Source: an uncultured archaeon (lineage in GTDB: Archaea > Asgardarchaeota > Thorarchaeia > Thorarchaeales > Thorarchaeaceae). From it: a stretch of 49,895 bases of DNA. Below are positions 27,034 to 36,151 of the stretch, piece after piece. Each line of letters begins with the position of its first letter. The stretch's first letter is position 1. The DNA lies in NCBI GenBank assembly GCA_964558645.1, contig CAZLEV010000019.1:1-49895 (forward strand), given 5' to 3'. A model generated the notes under the pieces. It did no database searches, was not told the origin of the DNA, and saw nothing but the letters and a program-made list of their open reading frames with translations. Position numbers and translations under genes: made by a program.

Positions 27034-27851
27034 GAATGCAGACAGACCTGTACGGGAATGTGCCAGTAGTAGTGATAGATGTTCACGAAACTGGCGGAAA
27101 ACGGATGAACTCTGTCAAACACCTGATGTCTATGTTGGATAAGGAAGAGATACAGTACACTGTACAGAAGACTCCTATTGGCGATGTCTTGGGACCAGAG
27201 GGCATTGCCATCGAGAGAAAGACTGTGAGTGACCTTGTCAACACGCTGAAGGGGAGCGCAGCCGGAGTACCCCGATTTCAGAAGCAGATGGACGCACTTC
27301 TGGAATACGAGAAGCCGTATCTTCTCATTGAAAACATGCTCTCGATAAGAAGGGATCCAATCAAGGGGTGTGTATACATACCCTTCAAGAGCAACAAGTC
27401 GAAGAGCAAACCCTTCATGGTCACAATGGAACGCGTGAGTTACATCCATCCGTCGGCACTGGATGCACTGATAGAGAGTGTACGTGAGCGAGACATCGAG
27501 GTTCTTGAGGGGTTCAATGCACTACACTCTGCAGGCCTGATCTATGGAGCACTGTTTCCTAGTGATGACTACAAGCATGAAAAGGGAACTAGACTGCCCG
27601 TTGTCAGAACACGTAAGGGACTTGATTCTATGGCCGACGAGCAGGAATTCTTCATAGCGGGATTCCCAAGTGTCAATGTCGTCAGAGCAAAGGCTCTTCT
27701 CAAGCTCTTTGGGACTCCCCATGAAGTAGTCAGGAGAATCGATGAATGGGAAGAAGTACCAGGGATTGGCCCCAAGACAGTTGCAGCCGCCAGAAAAGTG
27801 CTCTTTTCAGACTACCTTGAAGAGGAAGACAACGATTCGGCCGATGACTAG
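27030..27851 (+). CDS. xpf: Short XPF/ERCC4-family structure-specific endonuclease with C-terminal HhH
   Basis: VIDVHE...GD...IERKTVSDL catalytic motif; FPSV...RAKALL..FGT and VPGIGPKT HhH pair. Confidence 0.85.
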   Translation: MRMQTDLYGNVPVVVIDVHETGGKRMNSVKHLMSMLDKEEIQYTVQKTPIGDVLGPEGIAIERKTVSDLVNTLKGSAAGVPRFQKQMDALLEYEKPYLLIENMLSIRRDPIKGCVYIPFKSNKSKSKPFMVTMERVSYIHPSALDALIESVRERDIEVLEGFNALHSAGLIYGALFPSDDYKHEKGTRLPVVRTRKGLDSMADEQEFFIAGFPSVNVVRAKALLKLFGTPHEVVRRIDEWEEVPGIGPKTVAAARKVLFSDYLEEEDNDSADD

Positions 27852-27908
27852 CTCGATAATCTTAAAAGCCAGCTATTCTATGCTCATAAAATAGTTGGTG
27901 AAAATCTC

Positions 27909-28997
27909 ATGGCAGACATTCGTGTCGCAATAGCAGGACTTGGTAATTGTGCCTCCGCATTGGTTCAGGGCGTCCACTATTACAGGAACGCCAAGGCAGA
28001 CGAAGAGATACCGGGACTGATGCACGTTGATTTTGGAGGATACTTCCCGAAGGACCTCAAGTTTGTTGCAGTGTTCGAAGCAAACAGGAAGAAGATAGGT
28101 CTAGACATAGCAGATGCAATTTGGGCTGAACCCAATTGCTGCGCGAAGTTTGCCCCAGATGTACCGAGGACTGGTGTCAAGGTCTTACCAGGACCTATCT
28201 CCGATGGTGTGGCCCCTCACATGCGAGAGTCTTTCTTCGCGTACAATGAAGATGAGATCGAACCTGTCGATGTCGCTGAAGAACTGAGAAGGACCGATGC
28301 AGATGTGCTTGTCAGCTACCTCCCAGTTGGTAGTGCCGAGGGGTCGAGGCTCTATGCCCAGGCAGCACTCGAAGCGGGGATAGGGCTCATCAATGCAATT
28401 CCAGAATTCATTGTTTCAAATCCCGAAGATCCTATCGCAAAGGGCTTCAAAGAAAAAGGCATACCATGTGCAGGAGACGATATCAAGAGCCAGCTCGGCG
28501 CAACCATCCTCCACAGGGTTCTCGCGCAGCTATATGATAAGAGGGGGCTCGTGCTCGACAACACTTACCAGCTAAACATTGGAGGCAATACGGACTTTGA
28601 GAATATGCAGGTAGAGGACCGACTCAAGTCCAAGAGAGTAAGCAAGACCGAAGCAGTAACTAGCTGTGTGAAATACGAACTACCAACCAAGATAGGGCCG
28701 AGTGATTACGTCCCATTCTTGGGAGATAACAAAGTGTGCTATATCACCATGCGCGCAAGAGCCTTTGGAGACCTGCCGCTAGACCTTAACCTGAAACTCT
28801 CCGTGCAAGACTCCCCGAATAGTGCAGGCGTTATTATCGATGTCATTCGAGCCATCAAGATAGCGATGGACAGGGGCATCGGCGGCGAGCTCTCAAGCAT
28901 ATCATCATATAGCTTCAAGCACCCCCGCTATCAGATTGATGACTTTGAAGCAAGAAACAGAGTGGACGAGTTCATCGAAGGGAAGAGAGAGCGCTAG
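27909..28997 (+). CDS. ino1: myo-inositol-1(3)-phosphate synthase
   Basis: GLGNCASALVQG, SYLPVGS, GDDIKSQLGATI.HR, YQLNIGGNTDF, SKTEAV, DSPNSAG. Confidence 0.96.
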   Translation: MADIRVAIAGLGNCASALVQGVHYYRNAKADEEIPGLMHVDFGGYFPKDLKFVAVFEANRKKIGLDIADAIWAEPNCCAKFAPDVPRTGVKVLPGPISDGVAPHMRESFFAYNEDEIEPVDVAEELRRTDADVLVSYLPVGSAEGSRLYAQAALEAGIGLINAIPEFIVSNPEDPIAKGFKEKGIPCAGDDIKSQLGATILHRVLAQLYDKRGLVLDNTYQLNIGGNTDFENMQVEDRLKSKRVSKTEAVTSCVKYELPTKIGPSDYVPFLGDNKVCYITMRARAFGDLPLDLNLKLSVQDSPNSAGVIIDVIRAIKIAMDRGIGGELSSISSYSFKHPRYQIDDFEARNRVDEFIEGKRER

Positions 28998-29031
28998 AGG
29001 AAGAACCTCTAGCCGCCCTAATCCTTCCTTT

Positions 29032-30171
29032 TCACGAGATTTGAGTGAAGGCCTTAACCGCCTGCTCATCAAGCCGCTTGATGACCTCGACAAGCAGTTT
29101 TACAGCGTTTTCCACATCGCTCAGGTCAAGAATGGCATGATGTGAGTGGATATGTCTTGTGGGAATCCCTATGAACAATGAGGGGGCGCCCATGCCTGTG
29201 ATATGGATGATGCCGGCATCAGTGCCTCCCGCCTTCAAGAACGCGGCCTGATGGCGTATATTGTGCTCTTCTGCGATATCAAGAACAAACTTCCTGAATC
29301 GCGGATTGGGAATCATGGACCCATCACCAGCGGATACTGATACGCCCTTTCCCATCTTCTGCACTATATCCTCTGTGCCAGGCACGTCTCCGGAGATGTC
29401 TACATCCACCGCAAAACCAATATCAGGTAGCAGCATCTGGGCCGCGGTTCGTGCTCCTCGAAGACCCACCTCTTCCTGTGTTGTGGAAACACAATAGACC
29501 GTATTGGGTAGTTCAACCTTCTCTTCCGAGAGCCTTCGCAGTACCTCAAGAATGATGAAAACACCTATTCTATCATCGAAAGCCTTCGCTGCAGCAACAG
29601 TCACTTCTCGAGATACCTTCTCATCTTCATTACCATTCTTCTTCTTCTCTTTGAACTTCCTCGCCATGGTCCTGAACTCAGCACGAGGTACGGCAGGATC
29701 TCCCACTCGAACACCGAGTTCTTTTGCCTCATCTGCGGAACGACAGCCGATATCGATGTACATCTTCTCCTTGGTCACGACTTTGCTCCGCTCCTCCTGA
29801 GAGAGGATGTGTGGAGGAGGGGCACCAATCACTCCAGTGATGAATCCATCACTCTCAGACGGTTTGAGTACTACTTCATGGCCGAGCAGAACCTGATCCC
29901 ACCACCCACCAAGCTGATGGAACCGGAGGAAGCCATTCTTTTCGACTTTCGTGACAACAAATCCAATCTCATCGACATGCCCTGCCAGCATTATTTTAGG
30001 ACCCGAGCTGCCCTTCTGGAACACTACAGAGCCCATTCTGTCCTGGAGAACCTCATCTGCATACTTCGCACCATATTCTTTGACAACTCTCTGGACCTCG
30101 TGTTCGTGGCCACTCGGACCGAATGCGTTGCAGAGTTTCTCAAGAAATCCAATATCCAACTCAAAACCCAT
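29032..30171 (-). CDS. M42 family (TET-like) aminopeptidase
   Basis: GPSGHE, AGHVDEIG, KAFDDRIG, QEEVGLRGA, GGTDAG, RHIHSH; start taken at ATG 30171. Confidence 0.93.
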   Translation of the reverse strand: MGFELDIGFLEKLCNAFGPSGHEHEVQRVVKEYGAKYADEVLQDRMGSVVFQKGSSGPKIMLAGHVDEIGFVVTKVEKNGFLRFHQLGGWWDQVLLGHEVVLKPSESDGFITGVIGAPPPHILSQEERSKVVTKEKMYIDIGCRSADEAKELGVRVGDPAVPRAEFRTMARKFKEKKKNGNEDEKVSREVTVAAAKAFDDRIGVFIILEVLRRLSEEKVELPNTVYCVSTTQEEVGLRGARTAAQMLLPDIGFAVDVDISGDVPGTEDIVQKMGKGVSVSAGDGSMIPNPRFRKFVLDIAEEHNIRHQAAFLKAGGTDAGIIHITGMGAPSLFIGIPTRHIHSHHAILDLSDVENAVKLLVEVIKRLDEQAVKAFTQIS

Positions 30172-30248
30172 TTTTATCAACTTCAACGGCATAGTTACTG
30201 ACAGGTCGAGGGCTAGACGACCATAGAAATCGGTTTCGGTAGCTCCTG

Positions 30249-30788
30249 TTATTGGAGACTGGATTCTGCAAGCAGGTAGAATGCATGTTCCACGTTCTCC
30301 CCTGTCAGGGCGCTGGTTTCGAGATAGCCATTCAGACAGTTTTCTTCAACAAACTGGCGACCCATCTCTGAAGTTATGACACGCTCATCCACAAGGTCAA
30401 CCTTGTTTGCGAGGAGTATGATGGGAATCCTCTGACCCAGAGCATTCTCTGTTTCTTCTATCCAGTTGGGAAGGACATCGTAGGTGTTCTTTCTTGTAAC
30501 ATCGAAGACGAGCAGAGCTCCCTTTGCTCCTTTGTAATAACTAGAACGAATGAAATCGAAGCGCTGCTGTCCAGCCAGATCCCAGACCAGCAGCTTCACC
30601 GTAACGCTTCGGCCATTATCTTTGTCAACAGTGACCGTCTTCACTGCAAATTGGCTTCCTATTGTTACAATGTACTGCTCTGAGAACTTCTGGGTCAGGA
30701 ATCTATTCACCAACGCGGTCTTGCCACTGCCGCCAGCTCCGATCATGACAACCTTCCGCATGTACTGAAACGTATCTGACACAGTCAA
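30249..30788 (-). CDS. Rab-like small GTPase
   Basis: GAGGSGKT, VTIGSQF, KLLVWDLAGQQRF, SSYYKGA, NKVDL, ETSA; no C-terminal prenylation cysteine. Confidence 0.92.
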   Translation of the reverse strand: MTVSDTFQYMRKVVMIGAGGSGKTALVNRFLTQKFSEQYIVTIGSQFAVKTVTVDKDNGRSVTVKLLVWDLAGQQRFDFIRSSYYKGAKGALLVFDVTRKNTYDVLPNWIEETENALGQRIPIILLANKVDLVDERVITSEMGRQFVEENCLNGYLETSALTGENVEHAFYLLAESSLQ

Positions 30789-30990
30789 CCCTCAAATCTT
30801 AGAATCCACTAGTTCCTAGCCTCTTGGTCTATTCTTGCCCATCACGATGTAATCGATGTGCAATGACGAGTCCGATGGAAGCTATTTAGCCTTTATTCGC
30901 ATTTGAGGTGCAGCCAGACCATGCAACCAGACACACACCATTTAGCGCCCCATAGCGAGAATTAGATGACATCCACAAAGAGATTATATT

Positions 30991-31012
30991 CGGTATTACC
31001 CGGGTAGTACCG
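30991..31012. promoter_or_regulatory. Palindromic operator upstream of the RHH gene
   Basis: CGGTATTACCCGGGTAGTACCG, a 22-nt near-perfect palindrome directly after TTATATT (30984-30990). Confidence 0.6.
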
Positions 31013-31028
31013 GCCGGGAGGCCAGACA

Positions 31029-31208
31029 GTGCGACTGATTACGGTCAAGATGAGCGAGATTTACGTAGACGCAATAGACAAACTAGTGGACAGGGGTATG
31101 TATCCCAGCAGAAGTGAGGCCATACGAGTCGCCATTCGAGATCTTCTCATGAGAGAGCTGTGGGTCGATGGTATGCCCCATATGGTTCAGAGCAGCAAAC
31201 AGGACTAG
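31029..31208 (+). CDS. Ribbon-helix-helix regulator, CdrS/CopG-like (59 aa; absent from the ORF track)
   Basis: Manual translation from GTG: MRLITVKMSEIYVDAIDKLVDRGMYPSRSEAIRVAIRDLLMRELWVDGMPHMVQSSKQD; GGAGG SD upstream. Confidence 0.9.
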   Translation: MRLITVKMSEIYVDAIDKLVDRGMYPSRSEAIRVAIRDLLMRELWVDGMPHMVQSSKQD

Positions 31209-31308
31209 CTCCTTACAACACAGCTTGGCCACACACCCGCAAGACACTTTAGTGTTGCACACAAGACCATCCCAAGCCATCACATCATGTTTAGGAGGAT
31301 GCGATACT

Positions 31309-31827
31309 GTGAATCTAAGAATATTCTTCAAGAGCGTGAAATTCGCGTTCAGAGCAAGAAGAAGGGTCATCTCCTTCATAATAATATACGCCATTCTCTA
31401 TGTTCTAGTGGGGAAGCAGCTTGCAGGTTCTCCCGTAGGTGCTGAATGGCCATGGGTCATCTTGGCCTTCATCGTTTCAACCATTTATGCGATTCTTATC
31501 AGTCAATTCAGAAGGAGAGACATTGCAATACTGAAATGCGTATCATGGGGTAACCAAGACATTATGATTCTTCTAATAGGCGAGGTCGTTCTGGTTGCAC
31601 TAGCGGCGTTCTTTGTGGTGTTCCAGCTCAGTATTGAGATATTGGGCTTGATAGCCTACTTTGGAGACATTGCCTTCCTGCTGGATATACAGAGTCTGAT
31701 TGTAGTTCCAGTTGCCCCAATGTTGACTACCCTGCTTCTGGTCGTTGTCCTGCAACTGCCAGGATTGGGACTAGCACAGTATCGGGCTATGAAAATACCA
31801 CCCATGCGAGCTCTCAGGGAGGAATAG
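31309..31827 (+). CDS. Minimal FtsX/MacB-like ABC permease; start moved to GTG 31309
   Basis: RRRDIAILKCVSW, YRAMKIPPMRALREE; GGAGG SD at 31294-31298. Confidence 0.82.
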   Translation: MNLRIFFKSVKFAFRARRRVISFIIIYAILYVLVGKQLAGSPVGAEWPWVILAFIVSTIYAILISQFRRRDIAILKCVSWGNQDIMILLIGEVVLVALAAFFVVFQLSIEILGLIAYFGDIAFLLDIQSLIVVPVAPMLTTLLLVVVLQLPGLGLAQYRAMKIPPMRALREE

Positions 31828-31830
31828 AAA

Positions 31831-32511
31831 GTGCCAAACGCAATCATCCAAGTTGAAGAGGTCAACAAAGAATATGGTTCAGGTAAGAAGACAGTTGCTG
31901 CACTGAAGGATGTCAATCTGGAAATCAACCGAGGCGAGTTTGTGGGCGTTGTTGGGCCATCGGGATGCGGCAAGTCAACACTTCTACATGTGATGTCAGG
32001 GCTTGAGGCCCCCACCTCTGGCAGGGTCCTGCTTGATGGTGTTGACGTCACGCTGATCAGTGAAAGAGATCTTCCAAAGGTCAGAGCGCAAAAGATTGGT
32101 TTCGTGTTCCAAGCATTCCTGTTGATTGAGGATCTGACAGCATTTGAGAACATACAGGCCGTGCTGTGGCCCAATGAAGAAATCACGAAGCAGAAGCAAG
32201 AATCTATGGCCCTTCAAGTCCTGAGAGAGGTTGACATGTTGGAGAGAAGGGATCACTTCCCCAAACAGCTCAGCGGTGGGGAACAGCAACGTGTGGCCAT
32301 AGCTCGGGCCCTGGTCAATCAGCCACCTGTTCTTTTCTGTGATGAGCCAACCGGAAACTTAGACTCAAAATCGGGCGAGAATATCATGAAAATCATCGCC
32401 TCATTGAACAAGGAGAAGGGAATGACAGTGGTACTGGTCACTCACAACGAAGAGCTCGTCAAATACGCCAAACGGATTCTGAGAATGAAAGATGGTGTTG
32501 TTCGAGCATAG
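31831..32511 (+). CDS. ABC transporter ATP-binding protein (LolD/FtsE/MacB type)
   Basis: [41 protein letters not shown]. Confidence 0.95.
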   Translation: MPNAIIQVEEVNKEYGSGKKTVAALKDVNLEINRGEFVGVVGPSGCGKSTLLHVMSGLEAPTSGRVLLDGVDVTLISERDLPKVRAQKIGFVFQAFLLIEDLTAFENIQAVLWPNEEITKQKQESMALQVLREVDMLERRDHFPKQLSGGEQQRVAIARALVNQPPVLFCDEPTGNLDSKSGENIMKIIASLNKEKGMTVVLVTHNEELVKYAKRILRMKDGVVRA

Positions 32512-32584
32512 CAGCAGCAAGTGCCAGCAAAGCTTTAGATGTCCAGATTCCACCCCGCACGCAGCAAAGGGAGCCCGTTAGTCC

Positions 32585-33421
32585 ATGGAAACCACAAACT
32601 GCCGCGAGATGGAAAAGAGAGCTAATGAACGGGCAACAGGGGGCAAGAACAGCGATGCATTTGAGCTATTCCTCGAGGCCGGCAAATGCTGGATGAGGTG
32701 GGAGTCTTTCTCCAAGACAGCAGATTGCTACGAGAGAGCCTATGAACACGGTATGCTAGCCCAGCGATATACTGAGGCGGCCAGAATTATGAAAGAGGCT
32801 GGGAATGCATGGATCAAGGTTGGCCAGCACGAGAAGTTTGAGATCGATCATCAGATTGCAGCAGAGGCCTACATTCTGGCTGCAGAGAAGGAGAAGAAAC
32901 CGACACTCCTGCTAGATGGAGCGTATTCTGCAATCCTCGGAGGCGACCTGGAGCTAGCGCGTCAACTTATTCATGCATCTGCAGAAACAATTCGTGGCGG
33001 AGCAAAGGAACTCGTCAATCTTGCTTTGATGCTGACGGAATATCAGTTCGGTGACGCTGACCGCTATATTGACGTCGCCGTTGCAAGGGTTCTCGACAAA
33101 CAGAAGTTCTCCGAGACCACTGAGATGTTTAGGCTCGTCTTCATTGGGTTTGTGAGAACAACACTGGAATCAGAGCTTGCAGTTTCACTGGCCAGTCTTG
33201 CAGAAAGCACAGGGCTGCAAATTGAAAGAGCCAGGGAGATTGTACTGAAAGGAGTTGAAACGGGGTTGATACCCGCGTATTTCGACCGTACATCCGAAGA
33301 ATTAGTTATCGATACGGATAGAACGGACCTCTCGGATGTGAAGAGAAGGAAGCGCCCGATACTAAGTACAGACTTGGAGGATCCGGGAGCATGGGACATT
33401 GACACAACTCAGGAGGATTAG
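32585..33421 (+). CDS. alpha-SNAP/TPR-like helical protein with C-terminal PCI-type winged helix
   Basis: AFELFLEAGKCW...TADCYERA..AARIMKEAGNAW helical repeats; VSLASLAESTGL..ERAREIV...VETGLIPAYFD PCI-like pattern. Confidence 0.65.
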   Translation: METTNCREMEKRANERATGGKNSDAFELFLEAGKCWMRWESFSKTADCYERAYEHGMLAQRYTEAARIMKEAGNAWIKVGQHEKFEIDHQIAAEAYILAAEKEKKPTLLLDGAYSAILGGDLELARQLIHASAETIRGGAKELVNLALMLTEYQFGDADRYIDVAVARVLDKQKFSETTEMFRLVFIGFVRTTLESELAVSLASLAESTGLQIERAREIVLKGVETGLIPAYFDRTSEELVIDTDRTDLSDVKRRKRPILSTDLEDPGAWDIDTTQED

Positions 33422-33600
33422 CACTCTGGTGATGTTCAATCACGGAAAATTAGGGAAGTCTTCCACGTGGGGTGAAATTCTCTTGCCGACCGGTGCCAAA
33501 GACACATTCGAAACGCACAGAAGCCCGTGTAAGAAATCTTTTTCAGTACGTTTATTCAAGCTGGCAACTTGTCCGCTCCCTCATCAACAGGTGGTGCCAA

Positions 33601-33819
33601 ATGTCTGAAGGACTCAAATGGTTGCAATGTCCTGTCTGCAAGGAGACAATCTACTGGAAGGTGCCAGCTGATATACTCAAGGGAGTCGAGCGATTCCCTA
33701 CTCCTATTGTGATAAGACACGAAGATCATTATCTTGTCTGTTATGTTGATAGTCACTATCAGCTTGCAGATACTGAAGTCGCATCAGCATTCATTGAAGC
33801 TCAGGCCAAAGAAGCCTGA
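33601..33819 (+). CDS. Small putative Zn-binding protein (CxxC...HxxH); start moved to ATG 33601
   Basis: MSEGLKWLQCPVC...RFPTPIVIRHEDHYLVCYVD; GGTGG SD upstream. Confidence 0.78.
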   Translation: MSEGLKWLQCPVCKETIYWKVPADILKGVERFPTPIVIRHEDHYLVCYVDSHYQLADTEVASAFIEAQAKEA

Positions 33820-33846
33820 TCGAACTGATTCTCATCCAGATTGTCG

Positions 33847-34401
33847 CTAGTCATCATTGAAGTGAGGACCAATCCCATTATCAAAGGCCCACTCCATTAC
33901 TTGAGCAGCTTGGGCGCTCGAGATTCCCCAGACACGCAGATTAGATACCAGATTGTGGATTCCGGAGGCCCAATCGGACAGCACCTGCCTGATACGACCC
34001 GTGATTCCGGGGTCTGTCACGTTCTCGAGGAGAGGCAAGAGTTTTGCAACAAGACTCTGGGATAGGACGAGTATGGTTTCTAGGCGTGCAATCCACTCAT
34101 CACGTGGTAGGCCACTCAAGGTCTGGACCACCGCAAGGTGGTAATCATATTGAGTCGTGTAGTATCTTAGGCGCCAACTAAGTATCTCAACAAGAAGAAC
34201 ACGATGTGCATTGCTTGGAGCAGTCTTCATGAGTAGTTTCAAGAACCGCTCACACATCTCATCTGCAGACTGACTCGCATCGTAGTACAATGCCATTGCC
34301 TGTTGATACTCTTGGTCTCTGAGGAGCTCGGCAGCCTCTTTGGTTGCTTTCTTGAATCTATCAAGAATAGCCCGTGTGGATTTTAGTTCCGAGCTCTCCA
34401 A
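33847..34401 (-). CDS. Hypothetical alpha-helical protein
   Basis: 184-aa ORF with amphipathic helical pattern; GAGG SD upstream. Confidence 0.72.
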   Translation of the reverse strand: MESSELKSTRAILDRFKKATKEAAELLRDQEYQQAMALYYDASQSADEMCERFLKLLMKTAPSNAHRVLLVEILSWRLRYYTTQYDYHLAVVQTLSGLPRDEWIARLETILVLSQSLVAKLLPLLENVTDPGITGRIRQVLSDWASGIHNLVSNLRVWGISSAQAAQVMEWAFDNGIGPHFNDD

Positions 34402-34428
34402 TTCACCATACCTCTTGTGCGGTCGTAT

Positions 34429-34857
34429 CTAGCTTTCGTCCCGATCCAGAGTCAAATAATCGATTTCGACACTCAATACACTGGGACGGCTTCGAATCCA
34501 GTTAGCAAACTCTTCAGTCTTATGCTTTGTTTCCACACTGAAATATCCCTCCCAAATGCAGGAATCCTCGAGCGGACAGAATCCTGTAGAATGAACCATG
34601 TCCATGGATCGTTTCTTGATTTCGGAGAAGACCTCTTTTGCAGATTTGGTGAAGCCCTCAAGGGAGAAACTAACACGAATGAGAACCACCAGTTCTCCGT
34701 CTAATCCAATGACACGGAGAAAGTGGCTCTTTGTACCGATGACCAAGACAGGACTACGGTCATTAATACCCATTTCTAGGCCGAAGTTTCCAAGTAGCAG
34801 CTTACCCTCTTCAATTCTGGTCACTTTACCCCTGGTGAGCGTCTTCAAGCTTCCCAT
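34429..34857 (-). CDS. Hypothetical protein, possible AbrB-like N-terminus plus ACT-like C-terminus
   Basis: KVTRIEEGKLLL...MGINDRSPVLVI; alternating beta/alpha ending RPSVLSVEI. Confidence 0.65.
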   Translation of the reverse strand: MGSLKTLTRGKVTRIEEGKLLLGNFGLEMGINDRSPVLVIGTKSHFLRVIGLDGELVVLIRVSFSLEGFTKSAKEVFSEIKKRSMDMVHSTGFCPLEDSCIWEGYFSVETKHKTEEFANWIRSRPSVLSVEIDYLTLDRDES

Positions 34858-35120
34858 CCAAGAACCCTCTTCAAGAACGTTTCACCCAGAGGGGTGACAT
34901 CGTACCCGCTTGCATCACCGCTAAGTAGCCCTAGAGTCTTCAACAGAGGAATCTTAACTTCAAGGCAGCCCTGAGTGACTGAGCTATAGCGCTTTAGCTC
35001 GTAGTCGTTCACACAGCCTTGCTTGATCAAAGTAAGAATCTCTATTCCCATGCCACCAATGAGATAGCGAATGTTATCAGGACCAAAGTTGGCAATGGTC
35101 TCAGTATCGGATGACTCCAT
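34845..35120 (-). CDS. Small winged-helix protein
   Basis: GIEILTLI...ELKRYS.V...CLEVKIPLLKTLGLL.....YDVTPLGETFL. Confidence 0.72.
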   Translation of the reverse strand: MESSDTETIANFGPDNIRYLIGGMGIEILTLIKQGCVNDYELKRYSSVTQGCLEVKIPLLKTLGLLSGDASGYDVTPLGETFLKRVLGWEA

Positions 35121-35176
35121 ACTAGTTTCTACAAGGTTTACACCCTAAAAGGTGTCTAGGATGTATACCCTTCTAC

Positions 35177-36151
35177 TCATATGGGAGGCATATGAGAGTC
35201 CTTGTATTCGTCAGTTGCTTCCGTCCAAGTCATGAACTCCTCCGATGGCGGATTGCTCTGGTATAGAATTTGCCGTTCAGCCTCTAGGCACTGCACATCT
35301 TCCCCTGCTAGCTCAGCCATGGTTGTCACGCGATTTCCATTATCCTGTGCCGCGTCATAAACTGGTTGGAGCCATTCTTTCCATGACGTAGAACGCTGCA
35401 GGTGGTGATCTACAACAAGTGTCGGTACAGCAGATGCCAGTCTACATAGTGATTCCCGGGCCTTAGCGCGATGTGCCTCAGTGAATACATGCAGGTAGAC
35501 CGGGGGACCGCCTACTATCATCAAGTCAGCGTTCATCGAGAGAAGGGCGTCAGTCACCTTCTGCTCAACAGGGCCCTGAACATCAGGAGCAAATGCTACA
35601 CGCACAGAATCATACTCAACACAGGTCCCGACAACGTATCCAAGAGGACTAGATTCGGGACCATGACTCAGGGGTGGGGAGTACTTGAGGGTCGTATCCT
35701 CAAAACGAAAGCGCTTGCCATCATTCCATTTGATGACCTTAGCGACATTCTCCACATCTTTCTGGAAGTAGTAGCCTCTACGGCGCTGTGAAGGGTTGAT
35801 ATTCTCCCTGTTATCCTTGGCCAGAACGATGCTGCCTTCAAACATTCGGTGCAGTTCCTCTCGTGAGCTTAGATTGTACCGAAAATTCGTGAAACCCGGC
35901 CTGATATGGTCGAAGTGATAATGTGATATAGAGAGGATGTCGGCTTTTCGGGCCTCCACGAAAATTCTCTCTAAGCGATCCTTAAGGGCTCTATACTCCA
36001 GTGGATGTGGCTCAAGACCAAATCTTTTCGCCAGCGCGGCAGAGGGGTCAAACAGCACCCGCAAGCTGGGAGACACCATGGCTGTGCATAGAGAACGTAC
36101 ACCCATCGTTTCCGCAGCTATGGGGAGTATTTCAATATCTCCAACTCTCAA
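35177..36151 (-). CDS. Archaeal MBL-fold metallo-hydrolase (UPF0282-like)
   Basis: PIAAETMGVRS, DPSAALA.RFGL.PHP.E, ISHYHFDH, INPSQRRR, DVQGP, VDHHL.R. Confidence 0.88.
   Translation of the reverse strand: MRVGDIEILPIAAETMGVRSLCTAMVSPSLRVLFDPSAALAKRFGLEPHPLEYRALKDRLERIFVEARKADILSISHYHFDHIRPGFTNFRYNLSSREELHRMFEGSIVLAKDNRENINPSQRRRGYYFQKDVENVAKVIKWNDGKRFRFEDTTLKYSPPLSHGPESSPLGYVVGTCVEYDSVRVAFAPDVQGPVEQKVTDALLSMNADLMIVGGPPVYLHVFTEAHRAKARESLCRLASAVPTLVVDHHLQRSTSWKEWLQPVYDAAQDNGNRVTTMAELAGEDVQCLEAERQILYQSNPPSEEFMTWTEATDEYKDSHMPPI

Noticed and set aside
26505-27449. 314-aa antisense ORF (and similar shadows such as 36001-36687 and 31656-32186)
   Set aside because: Antisense to well-supported genes, with no motifs.
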